From a virus (lineage: Duplodnaviria > Caudoviricetes), in IMG/VR virus record IMGVR_UViG_3300032247_000581, positions 1-64,000 of that record: a DNA stretch of 64,000 bases. One strand, given 5' to 3'. This document shows, in pieces, positions 46,686 through 56,514 of this stretch. The position numbers and the translations under genes were made by a program. Numbering within the stretch: position 1 is the stretch's first letter; every line of letters begins with the position of its first letter. Under the pieces are notes generated by a model. The model ran no database searches. It was given only the letters and a program-made list of their open reading frames with translations, and was not told the DNA's origin.

Positions 46686-49514
46686 TTATGCGTGGACTAC
46701 TACTCGATAGGTCTCTCCTGCAGCAGGAGCTACTGCGAATCCAATAGTCACTGTGTTAGTAGTAATGTAAGTTACATCAGTAACAACTTCCATTGCGCTA
46801 GAAATTTCATAGACAGTCACTTGAATGTCTGTGGTTCCTAGGTTGTGAGTAAGAGTAAACTCTGTAGCTGAGTATGGAGATGCTGGGGTTATTGTGGTTG
46901 CATACTTAGTAACAACCTTTGTCTTATCAACTCGAAGTCCAGAGCCATCTTCTGCAAGACCAGAGAATGTTGGGTCAAGTTTTACAGAGATTGCATTAGC
47001 GGTGATATCAATTCCGTTACCAGCGGTATATTCACCAGCGGCTGAGAACTGTGTCCAAGTAGATGCTCCAGCAGCATATGCTGTAACAATCCAACCTTGA
47101 GTAGCGTGGTCACCTTCTGTTGCTAATGTGTACGAGCCCTCTTTAATATCTGCATCTTCAGCATTTGTACTCTTTACAAGAGTTGTTGTTCCAGAGTTGT
47201 AGATATAGATACCGTTTTCAGTAGCTGTAACCTGGTTCTTAAGAAGAACACGGTCATTGTTAGAAAGAGTTACTCCACCAACTGCTGTTACTGAGGTTAG
47301 GTTAGATACGTTTGCGCTAGACATTGTTCGGACTGAACCGATTACAAAGAGTCCCTTAGCAACTGAATCTACATAAGACTTAGAGGCAATTGTTGTAGTA
47401 TCAACAGAAAGCTCTCCGCCACCTGATAGTGATAGACCAGAACCAACGCTTAGAATTCCAGCGTTTTGTCCTTGGATACCCTGTGTACCCTGGGTACCAG
47501 TGGTTCCTTGAGCACCTGTGTAACCTTGGATTCCCTGAGTTCCAGTAGCACCTTGTGCTCCTGTGTAACCCTGGATTCCTTGAATACCTTGAGTACCCTG
47601 AGTTCCTTGAGTACCAGTGGTTCCTTGGCTACCAGTTGTACCTTGAGCGCCTGTGTAACCTTGTAGGCCTTGCTCACCTTGTACGCCTTGTAGACCTTGA
47701 ACTCCTTGTGAACCTGTAGCACCTTGTGTACCAGTTGTTCCCTGGCTACCAGTGGTTCCTTGGCTACCAGTTGTTCCCTGTGTGCCTTGAGTTCCTGTTG
47801 CACCCTGAGTACCAGTTGTACCTTGGCTGCCTGTAGTACCTTGTGAACCAGTAGTACCTTGTGCACCTGTTGTACCCTGTACACCAGTTGCTCCATCAAG
47901 GTTAATTGTCCAATAAGAGTATGTTCCAGAACCTGTTGAATCTTTAACAGTAAAATCAAGCGTTCCATATGTGGAGTTATATCCAGTTACTGTTGCGTGC
48001 ATTAAATGAGTTGCATCATAGGCAACTACAATGTCTTGTCCTACTGAATAAGAAAGACCTGTATCAACTGTAAAGCTAACTGAACCACTACTTACAATAG
48101 CTTGTGAGTTAGCAGATGATGTTTTGTAACGGTCAGATTGGCCCTGGATACCTTGTGTACCTTGTGTTCCATCAAAGCCTTGAGTACCCTGAATACCTTG
48201 GGTTCCCTGGGTTCCCTGTGAGCCAGTATTACCCTGTGTGCCTTGTGTACCTTGAGTACCTTGTGAACCAGTATTACCCTGAGTACCAGTAGTTCCCTGT
48301 GAACCTGTAGTACCTTGGCTTCCTGTTGTACCTTGTGCACCAGTGTAACCCTGGAGACCATCTGTACCTTGAACGCCTTGTAATCCTTGAACACCGTTTG
48401 TACCTTGTGAGCCAGTGTTACCAGTTGCACCTTGTGTACCAGTATTACCTTGTAAACCTTGAATACCTTGTGAACCAGTTGTTCCTTGTGAACCTACTGT
48501 TCCTTGGACACCCTGTAATCCTTGAATACCTTGCGCACCATTGTAGCCTTGAGTACCTTGGCTACCAATAGTTCCTTGTGTACCTTGTGTACCAGTATCA
48601 CCAACGTGACCTTGGATACCTTGTGTACCTTGTACACCTGTAGCACCGTCAAGGTTTACTGTCCAGTCTGCATATGTACCTGAACCAACAACGTCTTTAA
48701 CATCTACAACAAGAGTGTTGGTACCAGATGTATAACTTACTACAGTTGCATGAAGAAGATTTACACTGTCATGTGCAATTACAACATCTTGACCTACTGA
48801 GTATGAAAGGTCTGCGTCAGCTAATACAAATGAAACTCCATTTGCTACTGTAAGTGAGCGTGATGTAGTTGAGGTGGTCTTGTATCGGTCGCTATGTCCT
48901 TGAACACCCTGTGAACCAGTTGTACCTTGAGCACCAGTGGTGCCTTGCGCTCCTGTAGTTCCCTGTGTGCCAGTAGTTCCCTGCGAACCAATTGTTCCTT
49001 GAGTACCTTGGGCACCAGTAGTTCCTTGAGCACCAGTTGTGCCTTGAGTTCCTGTTGTTCCTTGGCTACCTGTTGTTCCTTGAGAACCTGTTGTACCTTG
49101 CGCTCCGTCTGCACCAATGTAACCTGCAGTACCTTGCGCACCTGTTGTACCCTGCGAACCTGTTGTACCTTGCGTTCCAGTAGTACCTTGAGAACCAGTG
49201 GTTCCCTGTGTTCCTGTTGTTCCTTGTGAGCCTGTTGTTCCTTGGGTACCAGTTGTACCTTGCGTACCAGTTGTGCCTTGTGAACCTGTTGTACCCTGGC
49301 TACCAGTTGTGCCTTGAGTACCAGTTGTACCTTGTGCACCTGTGCTTGTGTTAATCCAAGCAGTACCATTCCATGAACGAAGGTATCCAAGTGCTGTGTC
49401 AAAGTAGATTTGACCAACAACGGGTGACGCTGGTGGCGAGGCTAAATTTTGAACGCGAGCATTTTGAAGCTCAAGCTTATTTAAATCAATTGGGGTAAGG
49501 AACTTACGTGCCAT
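46686..49514 (-). CDS. long collagen-like fibre protein
   Basis: Three Gly-X-Y tracts separated by a duplicated globular spacer (SDRYKT...LSYSVGQD...WT.NLDG); C-terminal THNLGT domain. Confidence 0.85.
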   Translation of the reverse strand: MARKFLTPIDLNKLELQNARVQNLASPPASPVVGQIYFDTALGYLRSWNGTAWINTSTGAQGTTGTQGTTGSQGTTGSQGTTGTQGTTGTQGTTGSQGTTGTQGTTGSQGTTGTQGTTGSQGTTGAQGTAGYIGADGAQGTTGSQGTTGSQGTTGTQGTTGAQGTTGAQGTQGTIGSQGTTGTQGTTGAQGTTGAQGTTGSQGVQGHSDRYKTTSTTSRSLTVANGVSFVLADADLSYSVGQDVVIAHDSVNLLHATVVSYTSGTNTLVVDVKDVVGSGTYADWTVNLDGATGVQGTQGIQGHVGDTGTQGTQGTIGSQGTQGYNGAQGIQGLQGVQGTVGSQGTTGSQGIQGLQGNTGTQGATGNTGSQGTNGVQGLQGVQGTDGLQGYTGAQGTTGSQGTTGSQGTTGTQGNTGSQGTQGTQGTQGNTGSQGTQGTQGIQGTQGFDGTQGTQGIQGQSDRYKTSSANSQAIVSSGSVSFTVDTGLSYSVGQDIVVAYDATHLMHATVTGYNSTYGTLDFTVKDSTGSGTYSYWTINLDGATGVQGTTGAQGTTGSQGTTGSQGTTGTQGATGTQGTQGTTGSQGTTGSQGTTGTQGATGSQGVQGLQGVQGEQGLQGYTGAQGTTGSQGTTGTQGTQGTQGIQGIQGYTGAQGATGTQGIQGYTGAQGTTGTQGTQGIQGQNAGILSVGSGLSLSGGGELSVDTTTIASKSYVDSVAKGLFVIGSVRTMSSANVSNLTSVTAVGGVTLSNNDRVLLKNQVTATENGIYIYNSGTTTLVKSTNAEDADIKEGSYTLATEGDHATQGWIVTAYAAGASTWTQFSAAGEYTAGNGIDITANAISVKLDPTFSGLAEDGSGLRVDKTKVVTKYATTITPASPYSATEFTLTHNLGTTDIQVTVYEISSAMEVVTDVTYITTNTVTIGFAVAPAAGETYRVVVHA
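47468..49340 (-). repeat. Gly-X-Y coding tandem repeats (three tracts, approximate bounds)
   Basis: Periodic ccttg..ca.cc pattern on plus strand. Confidence 0.85.
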
Positions 49515-49528
49515 TTATTTTATCTCCT

Positions 49529-50155
49529 TTAAGATAAATATGCTTTCCCAGAGAAAGCGGATGAAAAGGTGACCGTAAGTGAGTCCGAATTAGTGTATGT
49601 AATTTCGCCTTCGTAAATAGTACCAGCGGAATCTTGAACTGTAAGGTTAGGATAAAAACCTAAATTGTGATTTATTGTCCAGGTAGCACTTGAGACTCCC
49701 TGGGTGTGAGTATAGGCAACTCTTGCTGTTGTAAAGTACTTGTTTGTAGTACCTTCAACAAGGTCATCTGTAGAACCGAGGGCAGCGCCTGCAATAGCGT
49801 TTGCTAGTTGTTGAAGAGTTACTCCCCCGCCGTTTGTTCCCTGTACACCTTGGGTACCAGTAGCACCTTGGATACCCTGTGTTCCTTGGATATTGCCAGC
49901 ATTAGTCCAAGTATTTGAGCTCCATACATACAAAGTTCCGCCACCTATGAGGTAAGCATCCCCTTGAGTCCCAGTTGGGTGAGCGGCTACTAAAGCAGAG
50001 TATGTGGCATAAGAACCAAGAATGTTAATTCCTGTACCGATGCGGCCTTGAAGACCTTGTACACCTTGAACACCCTTAGGACCGCCTTGACCAACTCTTA
50101 CAACAATTGGTTGTGCCGTGCAGGTACACGTTCCGATGCAATTACAGTTAGCCAA
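49529..50155 (-). CDS. short collagen-containing structural protein
   Basis: Short Gly-X-Y tracts, GDAYL..G.LYVW, W.INHNLG..P. Confidence 0.75.
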   Translation of the reverse strand: MANCNCIGTCTCTAQPIVVRVGQGGPKGVQGVQGLQGRIGTGINILGSYATYSALVAAHPTGTQGDAYLIGGGTLYVWSSNTWTNAGNIQGTQGIQGATGTQGVQGTNGGGVTLQQLANAIAGAALGSTDDLVEGTTNKYFTTARVAYTHTQGVSSATWTINHNLGFYPNLTVQDSAGTIYEGEITYTNSDSLTVTFSSAFSGKAYLS

Positions 50156-51212
50156 GTGTTACCTCCTGTGTTGTAAATACCTGACCTCTTAAGTATGTTG
50201 CTTCATACGTTGTGTCAGTTGGGTCTGTTGCTTGTAAATCCCAAAAAGCACGAGGAGGCATATATTCTGTATCTTTTTTAGTAAGTGAAAGGCGAACTTT
50301 ACTTAAAGTCTCTGATGTAGAGATAGTGGTAACAGTAAACGTTGCATAAAGTGAAGGTGCATTTGGATAGGTGCGAATTTGCGCCTTAAATACAAGACCA
50401 GTGGTATCAAATGGAAAGTCAATCTCTTCGCTATATGAATCTCCTTGATACAAAGTTATGTCTTGAACAGCAACATAACTAGGAAACGGCGTACGGCCAT
50501 TTAAATCATTTTGAATATAAACGCGCTCTGGTCTGCGTGAGTCATCAATTTCTTGTGCCATATAAACAGGAACAAGTTTATTAGTAATACGAGAAATTCT
50601 GCGTAGGGTACCCATCTCAATACGCCAAAGGCCAATATTAAGAGCAGAGCAAAGCTGATGGTATTGTTCCCATCGCGCTTGAATAGTCTGTGTGAGTTGA
50701 CGATAGCGTTCTGAGCGTGGGATAGAAACTCCATCAGGGGCGTTAATATCAATATCAAATGATGCATCTGTTGCCAACGCCCATAGCGCTTCAATAGTTG
50801 CAAGAATAGCAATTGGATACTCTTCAACAGCTGGAATAAGATTAACTGTCATTTGACTACCTAAACCATTTGTACGGTTATAAGTATGTTGCTCTACCGC
50901 TGTATTAACAAATGTACAAATATCATCATCTGTAAAATATCTAAATGAAATACCTGATATTAAAATTGGAGCGTTTGCAGCTGGAGTATGGACAAAGTGG
51001 ATAACACCTAAATCTGCCTCTACTGTATATCCAGTTGGAAAAGCAACTGGGCTGCCATTAAGATATACCCCTAGAGTATAAACATCGATAGGGTGAATTC
51101 CTAAAGGAAAATCTGAGGTAGAACCGTCGCCAGTAAAAGCCAATGAAAACTGCTTTGGCTGGTCTCCCAGCTCTAAACGAACGCGGGATGTTAGGTCAGA
51201 AAGAACTGCCAC
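50148..51212 (-). CDS. head-tail adaptor-like protein with C-terminal BppU-like domain
   Basis: VRLELGD...FTDD-type adaptor motif; YQGD....KAQIR...WDLQ C-terminus; downstream of capsid. Confidence 0.65.
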   Translation of the reverse strand: MAVLSDLTSRVRLELGDQPKQFSLAFTGDGSTSDFPLGIHPIDVYTLGVYLNGSPVAFPTGYTVEADLGVIHFVHTPAANAPILISGISFRYFTDDDICTFVNTAVEQHTYNRTNGLGSQMTVNLIPAVEEYPIAILATIEALWALATDASFDIDINAPDGVSIPRSERYRQLTQTIQARWEQYHQLCSALNIGLWRIEMGTLRRISRITNKLVPVYMAQEIDDSRRPERVYIQNDLNGRTPFPSYVAVQDITLYQGDSYSEEIDFPFDTTGLVFKAQIRTYPNAPSLYATFTVTTISTSETLSKVRLSLTKKDTEYMPPRAFWDLQATDPTDTTYEATYLRGQVFTTQEVTLG

Positions 51213-51277
51213 ATAAACTCCCTTACTACGGTAGAACTAATGATGGCGCTAAAGGCCAAAAAAATCTCTGTATAACG

Positions 51278-51300
51278 AAAACAGCGGGCACTAGGCCCGC
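51278..51300 (-). terminator. intrinsic terminator
   Basis: GCGGGC-CTAGT-GCCCGC-TGTTTT. Confidence 0.65.
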
Positions 51301-51319
51301 CGCTCCGCCGATAAATAGC

Positions 51320-51682
51320 TTAGATAACTCCAGCTAGATAACCTTTTTCTTGAAGGTGTTGAGCAACATGCTTAGTAACTTTGTACTTTTGTCCTGCTTT
51401 AAAGTTGTAATTATTTCCTGAGCCAAGAGTCATATTTTCAATGTCTTCAATAACTCGAATAACTACTTCAGCATCATCACTTACTACTGTAGGTTCATCT
51501 ACAATAACTGTTTGACGGTCTGGCTTAGTTGCATCAATTACTTCTGTTTCTAACTTAATCTTAGCCTCGGCTGTAGCCATAGACATAGAGTTAGCTTTTT
51601 CTTGCATTTCTTCGAGGTTAGCTGTGACCATAGCATCGCGCTTGCGTCCTGTAACATCGGCGGGCTTTGACTTTGTTGCCAT
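51320..51682 (-). CDS. capsid-associated hypothetical protein
   Basis: Directly after capsid gene; F..G.KYKV...VA.HL..KGY. Confidence 0.7.
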   Translation of the reverse strand: MATKSKPADVTGRKRDAMVTANLEEMQEKANSMSMATAEAKIKLETEVIDATKPDRQTVIVDEPTVVSDDAEVVIRVIEDIENMTLGSGNNYNFKAGQKYKVTKHVAQHLQEKGYLAGVI

Positions 51683-51717
51683 TTAATTTTTCTCCAATTT
51701 AGTAACTCGGTTAATTA

Positions 51718-51739
51718 GAGGGGGGCCGAAGCCCCCCTC
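51718..51739 (-). terminator. hairpin after major capsid gene
   Basis: GAGGGGGGC-TTCG-GCCCCCCTC. Confidence 0.7.
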
Positions 51740-51756
51740 CCTCTGCTAAGTGTTTA

Positions 51757-52827
51757 TTAGTTGGTTTCTGCAATAACAACAGACTGGTCTGTAATTAGAC
51801 CAAGACCGAAGATTGAGTACCAAGCAAGTGCGTGCTCACGACCGAAGTCTAGAATACCGCCATCGCGTAGTTCAACTGGTAGTGAGATTGCGTGACCGAA
51901 TGCGTTATCTCCAATGAAGATAGCTGAATAGCGGTCAGAACCACCGTTACCTGTGTATGTAGCAGGTGTTGTGTATCCTCCACCAGGTGTTACTGTTGGG
52001 TTAGCAACAGCTGTGTCTGCTGAGTAAGAAGAACCAGCACCACCAGCGACCTTAAGGACCTGTGTTGTTTCGATGAATACGCAGTCGTATAGACGACCGA
52101 TTTCACCTAGCATGAAGTTTCCTGGAGCTGCGTACTTTGTTACTTCAATGAACTCTGGATTGTCACGAAGCTTACGTGACTGGTGAGGGTGCACGAATGC
52201 AACATATGTCTCACCTAAGCGAGGGATGTTCTTGGTTGATAGTGTCTCAACTGCATCCTTAACTGTGTGAGTTGTGAGGTTGAAAGTACCTGTCATTGAA
52301 GCACGTGATGTGCCCTTTGTACCATCTGCATACCAGTTGTTAACTGCTGTAAGTGATGAGCGGTCTTCACCGTAGATTGTTGATGTAGCTGCATATAGTG
52401 TGTCACGTGACAATTGGTCAAGGTACACAGCCATGTTGCGGCCTAGAAGACGTGAGGCTGATGCCATTACGTCATCAAATGATGCGTTAAGTAGAAGTTC
52501 TGATACTGCAAGAGCATAACCATGCTCAGCTACAGTAATTGAGAACTGCTGCGCTGTAAGCGCGTTTGTCTGCATACGTACACCTTCAACTAGCGGTGAA
52601 GCAAAGCCTAGGTTGTTGTAACGCATGAAGTTGATTTGAAGACCAGGTGCAACACCTAGTTCTGTCTTCTTGACTGCAAACTGTTCAAAGCGAAGAATTG
52701 GCATGGCCTGGAAAAGAATTTCCTTGGACCAAATCGTCTGAATAGCTTGAGTCAGCTGGGTATTTGTGCCTGAGTAGGCTGTTGGTGCGGCAGCTAAGTT
52801 GCCTGTACCTGTGATACCTGATGCCAT
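51757..52827 (-). CDS. major capsid protein (N4-gp56-like, HK97 fold)
   Basis: G..I.F.RY, L.EG, EHG, YVAFVHP, GEIGRL...FIET, DFGR...AWY; strongly biased codons. Confidence 0.92.
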   Translation of the reverse strand: MASGITGTGNLAAAPTAYSGTNTQLTQAIQTIWSKEILFQAMPILRFEQFAVKKTELGVAPGLQINFMRYNNLGFASPLVEGVRMQTNALTAQQFSITVAEHGYALAVSELLLNASFDDVMASASRLLGRNMAVYLDQLSRDTLYAATSTIYGEDRSSLTAVNNWYADGTKGTSRASMTGTFNLTTHTVKDAVETLSTKNIPRLGETYVAFVHPHQSRKLRDNPEFIEVTKYAAPGNFMLGEIGRLYDCVFIETTQVLKVAGGAGSSYSADTAVANPTVTPGGGYTTPATYTGNGGSDRYSAIFIGDNAFGHAISLPVELRDGGILDFGREHALAWYSIFGLGLITDQSVVIAETN

Positions 52828-52864
52828 TTAAATTGACTCCTTGATTGTAATTGGATTTGGGGGG

Positions 52865-53656
52865 TTAACCGAGTAAGCCGCGAGACTTACCGCGAGCTGC
52901 GTCGCTCATTAATTTGTCTCGCACTTTGGCGTAATCGTTCATCGACATTGACGCAATATCTTGCGCCGTAAACTGACGTGAGTCCATATTAGTTTCCAGT
53001 GGTCCAGCTGCGGGTAGAGTTGCACTCGTACCACGCATTTCTTTTCTAGCATTTTGCATTGCTGCTTGTGCCGATTCAAGAATTTTTGCAGAACGTGCTT
53101 TCAAACTTTCTAAACTTGCAGATACTTCATCTGGAGTATTACCAGATACAAGGTCTACTAATTCAGGAATAATGTTTTCACGTTCTTGCTCTATTAAATT
53201 TTGTTTGTAGTTCTGAAGTTCAGCATATGTACGTTCTTGCTCCAGAAGAGCGAAGGCTCGTTCACGCTCACTGCGCTCACGCTCCAACTGCTCCCGCAGC
53301 TCGTCAGTAGTTAGCTTGATTAAGTCTTTGGCGTCCAAATCCTCAATAAGCTTAGCTTTATCTTTTTCCGCTTTTTCTGCTGCTTTTGCATCAGCTTCTG
53401 CGGCTTTACGAGCTGCCTTTTCTTCTTTGTCTTTCTTTAGTGAAGCAACTTCATTTTTTAGCTGCTCTACAACTGGATAAAGTTTATCTTTTTCCTGTGT
53501 GCGAACTTTTGCTAAATCCTCTTCAGTGTAAAACTTTTGAGTTTGTGTTGGTGCTTCTTCAGTAACAGTAGGTGCGTCAACACCCGACACGTTTACTACT
53601 GGAGCTGTACTAGCTTCTGCTTGAAAAGCATCAGCCATTTGTTCTGCTGTACTCAT
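52865..53656 (-). CDS. capsid scaffolding protein
   Basis: Charged coiled coil, YTEED...R..EK, MSM.DY...R; between portal and capsid. Confidence 0.82.
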   Translation of the reverse strand: MSTAEQMADAFQAEASTAPVVNVSGVDAPTVTEEAPTQTQKFYTEEDLAKVRTQEKDKLYPVVEQLKNEVASLKKDKEEKAARKAAEADAKAAEKAEKDKAKLIEDLDAKDLIKLTTDELREQLERERSERERAFALLEQERTYAELQNYKQNLIEQERENIIPELVDLVSGNTPDEVSASLESLKARSAKILESAQAAMQNARKEMRGTSATLPAAGPLETNMDSRQFTAQDIASMSMNDYAKVRDKLMSDAARGKSRGLLG

Positions 53657-53770
53657 AATTACATCCTTTTGTTCTAGGGGTCGTTGTCCGAAGTGAGAGC
53701 GCGAATGACCTAACGTTGACTTACATATTTAATTTTTCTCTAACAGTGCAAAAATTTCAGCCTAAACGAC

Positions 53771-55487
53771 TTATTTTTCGTACTCTTCTGGTACACGTCG
53801 CTGAGGCAACATGGTTCCATAAGCTTCAGTTACCAACTTGTTTCTCAAGTCAGCTTCGCCCATATCTGCAGCTTGTAAAGCAGCATCAATTGTTGGCGGT
53901 AGTACTGCAGGAGCAGGTTCTCCACCCGTAGGTGCACCAGGTGCACCAGGTGTTGCTTGTCCCACCATTCCAGGAGCAGAACCCGTAAGTTCCATAATTT
54001 CCTGTTCAATTTGAGTCTGTAGCAGTTTAAGTGCGCCATCTGCTGTGGCATCGTCCATAAGTTCTTGACGGATTTCATTGAGCTTTTCAGCTGGGAATTC
54101 TTCACCAAGTACTCGTAGAGCACCTTCTTTAGATTCAAGACCAAGGGACAGTAAGGATTGAATTTCATTAAGGGCGATTAATTTATCTAACGGCAGTGGT
54201 TGTGGGAACTGTACGTAAGAACGGTAGGTAAGTGGGTCATTAGGGTCTAAACGGTCTACTTGACCCTTCTTTAATTTCACATCCGTAGTTGGGTCCCAGA
54301 TAAATGTCTCTGGTTCCTTTACTGCAAGGCTAAGCAGGATGAGTTCGTTAACTCGCTCTAAGCCGTGTGCGTATTGAATAATCTTTTGATGGTAACGGTT
54401 CATCAAAGGTTGGAACTGAATAGATAGGGCTACACCTGAGGTATTAGATATCGGTTGTGCTTGCCCTAAAGCTGTTTCTGGAACACCAATCATTTCGTGC
54501 ATAGACTTCTTGAGCATTGCTAAGAAGTCCATTGCGCCCTTTAATCCTTGAGCGCCTCCTTCAAGATTTTCGACTCTCGCATCTTTTGGTAGACCACCCC
54601 ATACTTTATTGGCGCCCTTTTCGAGTTGGGAAGCTTTCGCTCCAATGATGACTGTAACTGGCGCAGCATGATAGTTAACAATGTCGGCAATATCAGTAGC
54701 AGTCTCATTGTAAGTGCGATTGATACTAATAATGTCATTGCAATCGCTGAGCCCCCAAGGGCTACCGCTAATACGAACATTCGGAATATGAATAACAGGG
54801 ATAACGCCAAGTGGATTAGGGCGCGAGTCAATAAGTTCATCATTGATATATTCCTCAATCATGTCATCCGTCAAAATTTCTGTGTAAGTAAACACTTGAC
54901 GGGTACCTTCTAATGATGTGCCCCAGAAACGATACTTAAGCTTAAAACGAATCAAGCGCTCGCGGTCATGGGGGTGAAACTCTGGAAATGCAAAAGACGA
55001 GTTCAGGGGAAGGATACGAACTCGTCCAGGATGCGTTCTACCAGCTGTGTCTTTGTAACCTTCTTCATAAGCAACTTTAATAAAGCAGTCGCCTGATACT
55101 CCGCCTTGTTGACCAATCTCCCACAGTACTGTGGCTTTATTGTTATCTACTTCCCATACTCGCTCTAGCAAGTCAGGAACAATAGCTTCCGTTTCTTTCG
55201 GGGAACGGAAGGAGACCCCTTTACCAAAAGTAAAATTAAGTACAAAGTCAGTAAAGGCGCGGAAATAATTAATTGCCATCTGTGTTTCGCCAACTTGACG
55301 GCGGTAAGAATAATGATGGCCTAGGTACATTGCCCAGTTAAGGGAGTAACGGTTTAAGCGTGGTCCGTGGACCTCACTATTCGAATTCCTCGTCAGCTAA
55401 TTCAACTAGTCCGAGTGGACTAATGGAAATTGTTAAATCGCTGCTAGCGGCGCGGTATGACGGCGGGCTAAAATCTATGGAACTCAT
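53771..55487 (-). CDS. portal protein (SPP1 gp6-like), interrupted by 7 extra nt at 55373-55379
   Basis: Main ORF 53771..55330 (NPLG.IPV.H.PN, WG.SD, SGVAL); 36-codon 5' ORF 55377..55487 with AGGAGGTGAT RBS joins in frame if 7 nt are skipped. Confidence 0.88.
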
Positions 55488-55588
55488 GGCATCACCTCCT
55501 CTCCGTCGTGAACAGGAAGAACCTGGGGAGTACGTAATGCTCGTACATCTTTAGCAAAAGTTGTGCGCTTGTTAAATATTACTGACAC
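55484..55588 (-). CDS. 34-aa upstream ORF coupled to portal start
   Basis: GGAGG RBS, GTG start, MSVIFNKRTTFAKDVRALRTPQVLPVHDGEEVMP, ATGA overlap. Confidence 0.5.
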   Translation of the reverse strand: MSVIFNKRTTFAKDVRALRTPQVLPVHDGEEVMP

Positions 55589-55617
55589 GCACTTCCCTCC
55601 CAAAACGTAATAGTCAA

Positions 55618-55649
55618 ACCATAACATAAAAGTCGATAAATCTGTAAAT
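55618..55649 (-). promoter_or_regulatory. promoter with 18-bp repeated element, copy 1
   Basis: TTTACA-N19-TATGGT; ATTTACAGATTTATCGAC identical to 58193-58210. Confidence 0.6.
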
Positions 55650-55658
55650 TTTGTTGTG

Positions 55659-55955
55659 CTATTTGGTAACTTTTTTAGTTACCTTTTTTGTAACTATGTG
55701 AGCTTTTGAATTTTCTTCTTCTTTTTTATCCATTGCTTCTTGTGCATAATCACGAAAGCGAGGGTCTACGTCGCGTTTGCTTTTAACAAACTGTCCACCC
55801 AGTTGACCATATTTGGCATGAATCCAGTGCGCCTTTGCAGGAGAGTTTTTGGAAAATCTTGTTCCTGCTTGCATAGTAACCATGTTCCAAAGTTTTGGAT
55901 TTGCAGGAACTTGGTCTGGCGACTCTTGTACTTCTTTACCTCTAATGAGGGCCAT
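55659..55955 (-). CDS. hypothetical basic protein
   Basis: PANPKLW...A..W....Y..LGG.F; AAGGAG RBS. Confidence 0.7.
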   Translation of the reverse strand: MALIRGKEVQESPDQVPANPKLWNMVTMQAGTRFSKNSPAKAHWIHAKYGQLGGQFVKSKRDVDPRFRDYAQEAMDKKEEENSKAHIVTKKVTKKVTK

Positions 55956-55976
55956 GAATACTCCTTAGATAAGGAA

Positions 55977-56015
55977 CCTACCCCCGCAGCATGGTGGATG
56001 CTGAACGGGGGTAGG
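55977..56015. terminator. long intergenic hairpin
   Basis: CCTACCCCCG-CAGCAT-ggtgg-ATGCTG-aa-CGGGGGTAGG. Confidence 0.6.
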
Positions 56016-56023
56016 AAGCTTAA

Positions 56024-56422
56024 TTAATCCTGGACTACTGAGGGGTTAAGACGTTGCTGATGTGAACCGTTACGAATAACTTCTTCGATGCGGTTATCAC
56101 CGTGGTCAGCAAATGCACCATTGGCGAACTCTGTAAGAGTCTCTGGAGCTTCTACCCATGCTGCAGAACCTACGTGAGCACGCTCACGCATTGTTTCTTC
56201 AGCTGGCTTTTCAAATACGTTTGCGTTGCGATTTGGACGACCTGCTGCAGGTGAGTAACCCTGCATAGCGCCCTTTGTGAATTCCTGTGGAACATCTGTA
56301 TCTGTTGCGATACCTTCTTCAAAACGTAGAGGCCCGCGTTGCCCTGGTGTTGCTGGTGACATTTTGCGGTCGTAATTAGTGCCTGGACGTTCTGGGAACT
56401 TTGGGGATGGTGCAATTGTCAT
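56024..56422 (-). CDS. hypothetical protein between terminase and portal
   Basis: RGPLRFEEG.ATDTDVP, RERAHVGSAAW; AAGGAG RBS. Confidence 0.75.
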   Translation of the reverse strand: MTIAPSPKFPERPGTNYDRKMSPATPGQRGPLRFEEGIATDTDVPQEFTKGAMQGYSPAAGRPNRNANVFEKPAEETMRERAHVGSAAWVEAPETLTEFANGAFADHGDNRIEEVIRNGSHQQRLNPSVVQD

Positions 56423-56514
56423 TTAAGACTCCTTATGAATTAGGGAAAAGGCCTTTTTCCTATTGGATAGTTTCTCGCTTTATTGAGACAAAATGTGCCT
56501 AAAGCCCAAAATTT

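Noticed and set aside
44588-49340. CRISPR array or non-coding satellite
   Set aside because: Repeats are in-frame Gly-X-Y codons with synonymous variation and no unique spacers
44568-49420. Alternative-frame ORFs (HKVLLV- and STLCTC-type repeats)
   Set aside because: Shadow frames of the collagen repeats; no RBS
53660-53760. tRNA or known riboswitch in the scaffold leader
   Set aside because: Only weak pairing (GGTCATT/AACGACC); no cloverleaf or recognisable aptamer consensus
55373-55379. TAG reassignment, simple readthrough or intron as explanation of the portal break
   Set aside because: TAG ends several other genes normally; readthrough meets TGA next and stays out of frame; 7 nt is too short for a self-splicing intron. 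Assembly error is not excluded
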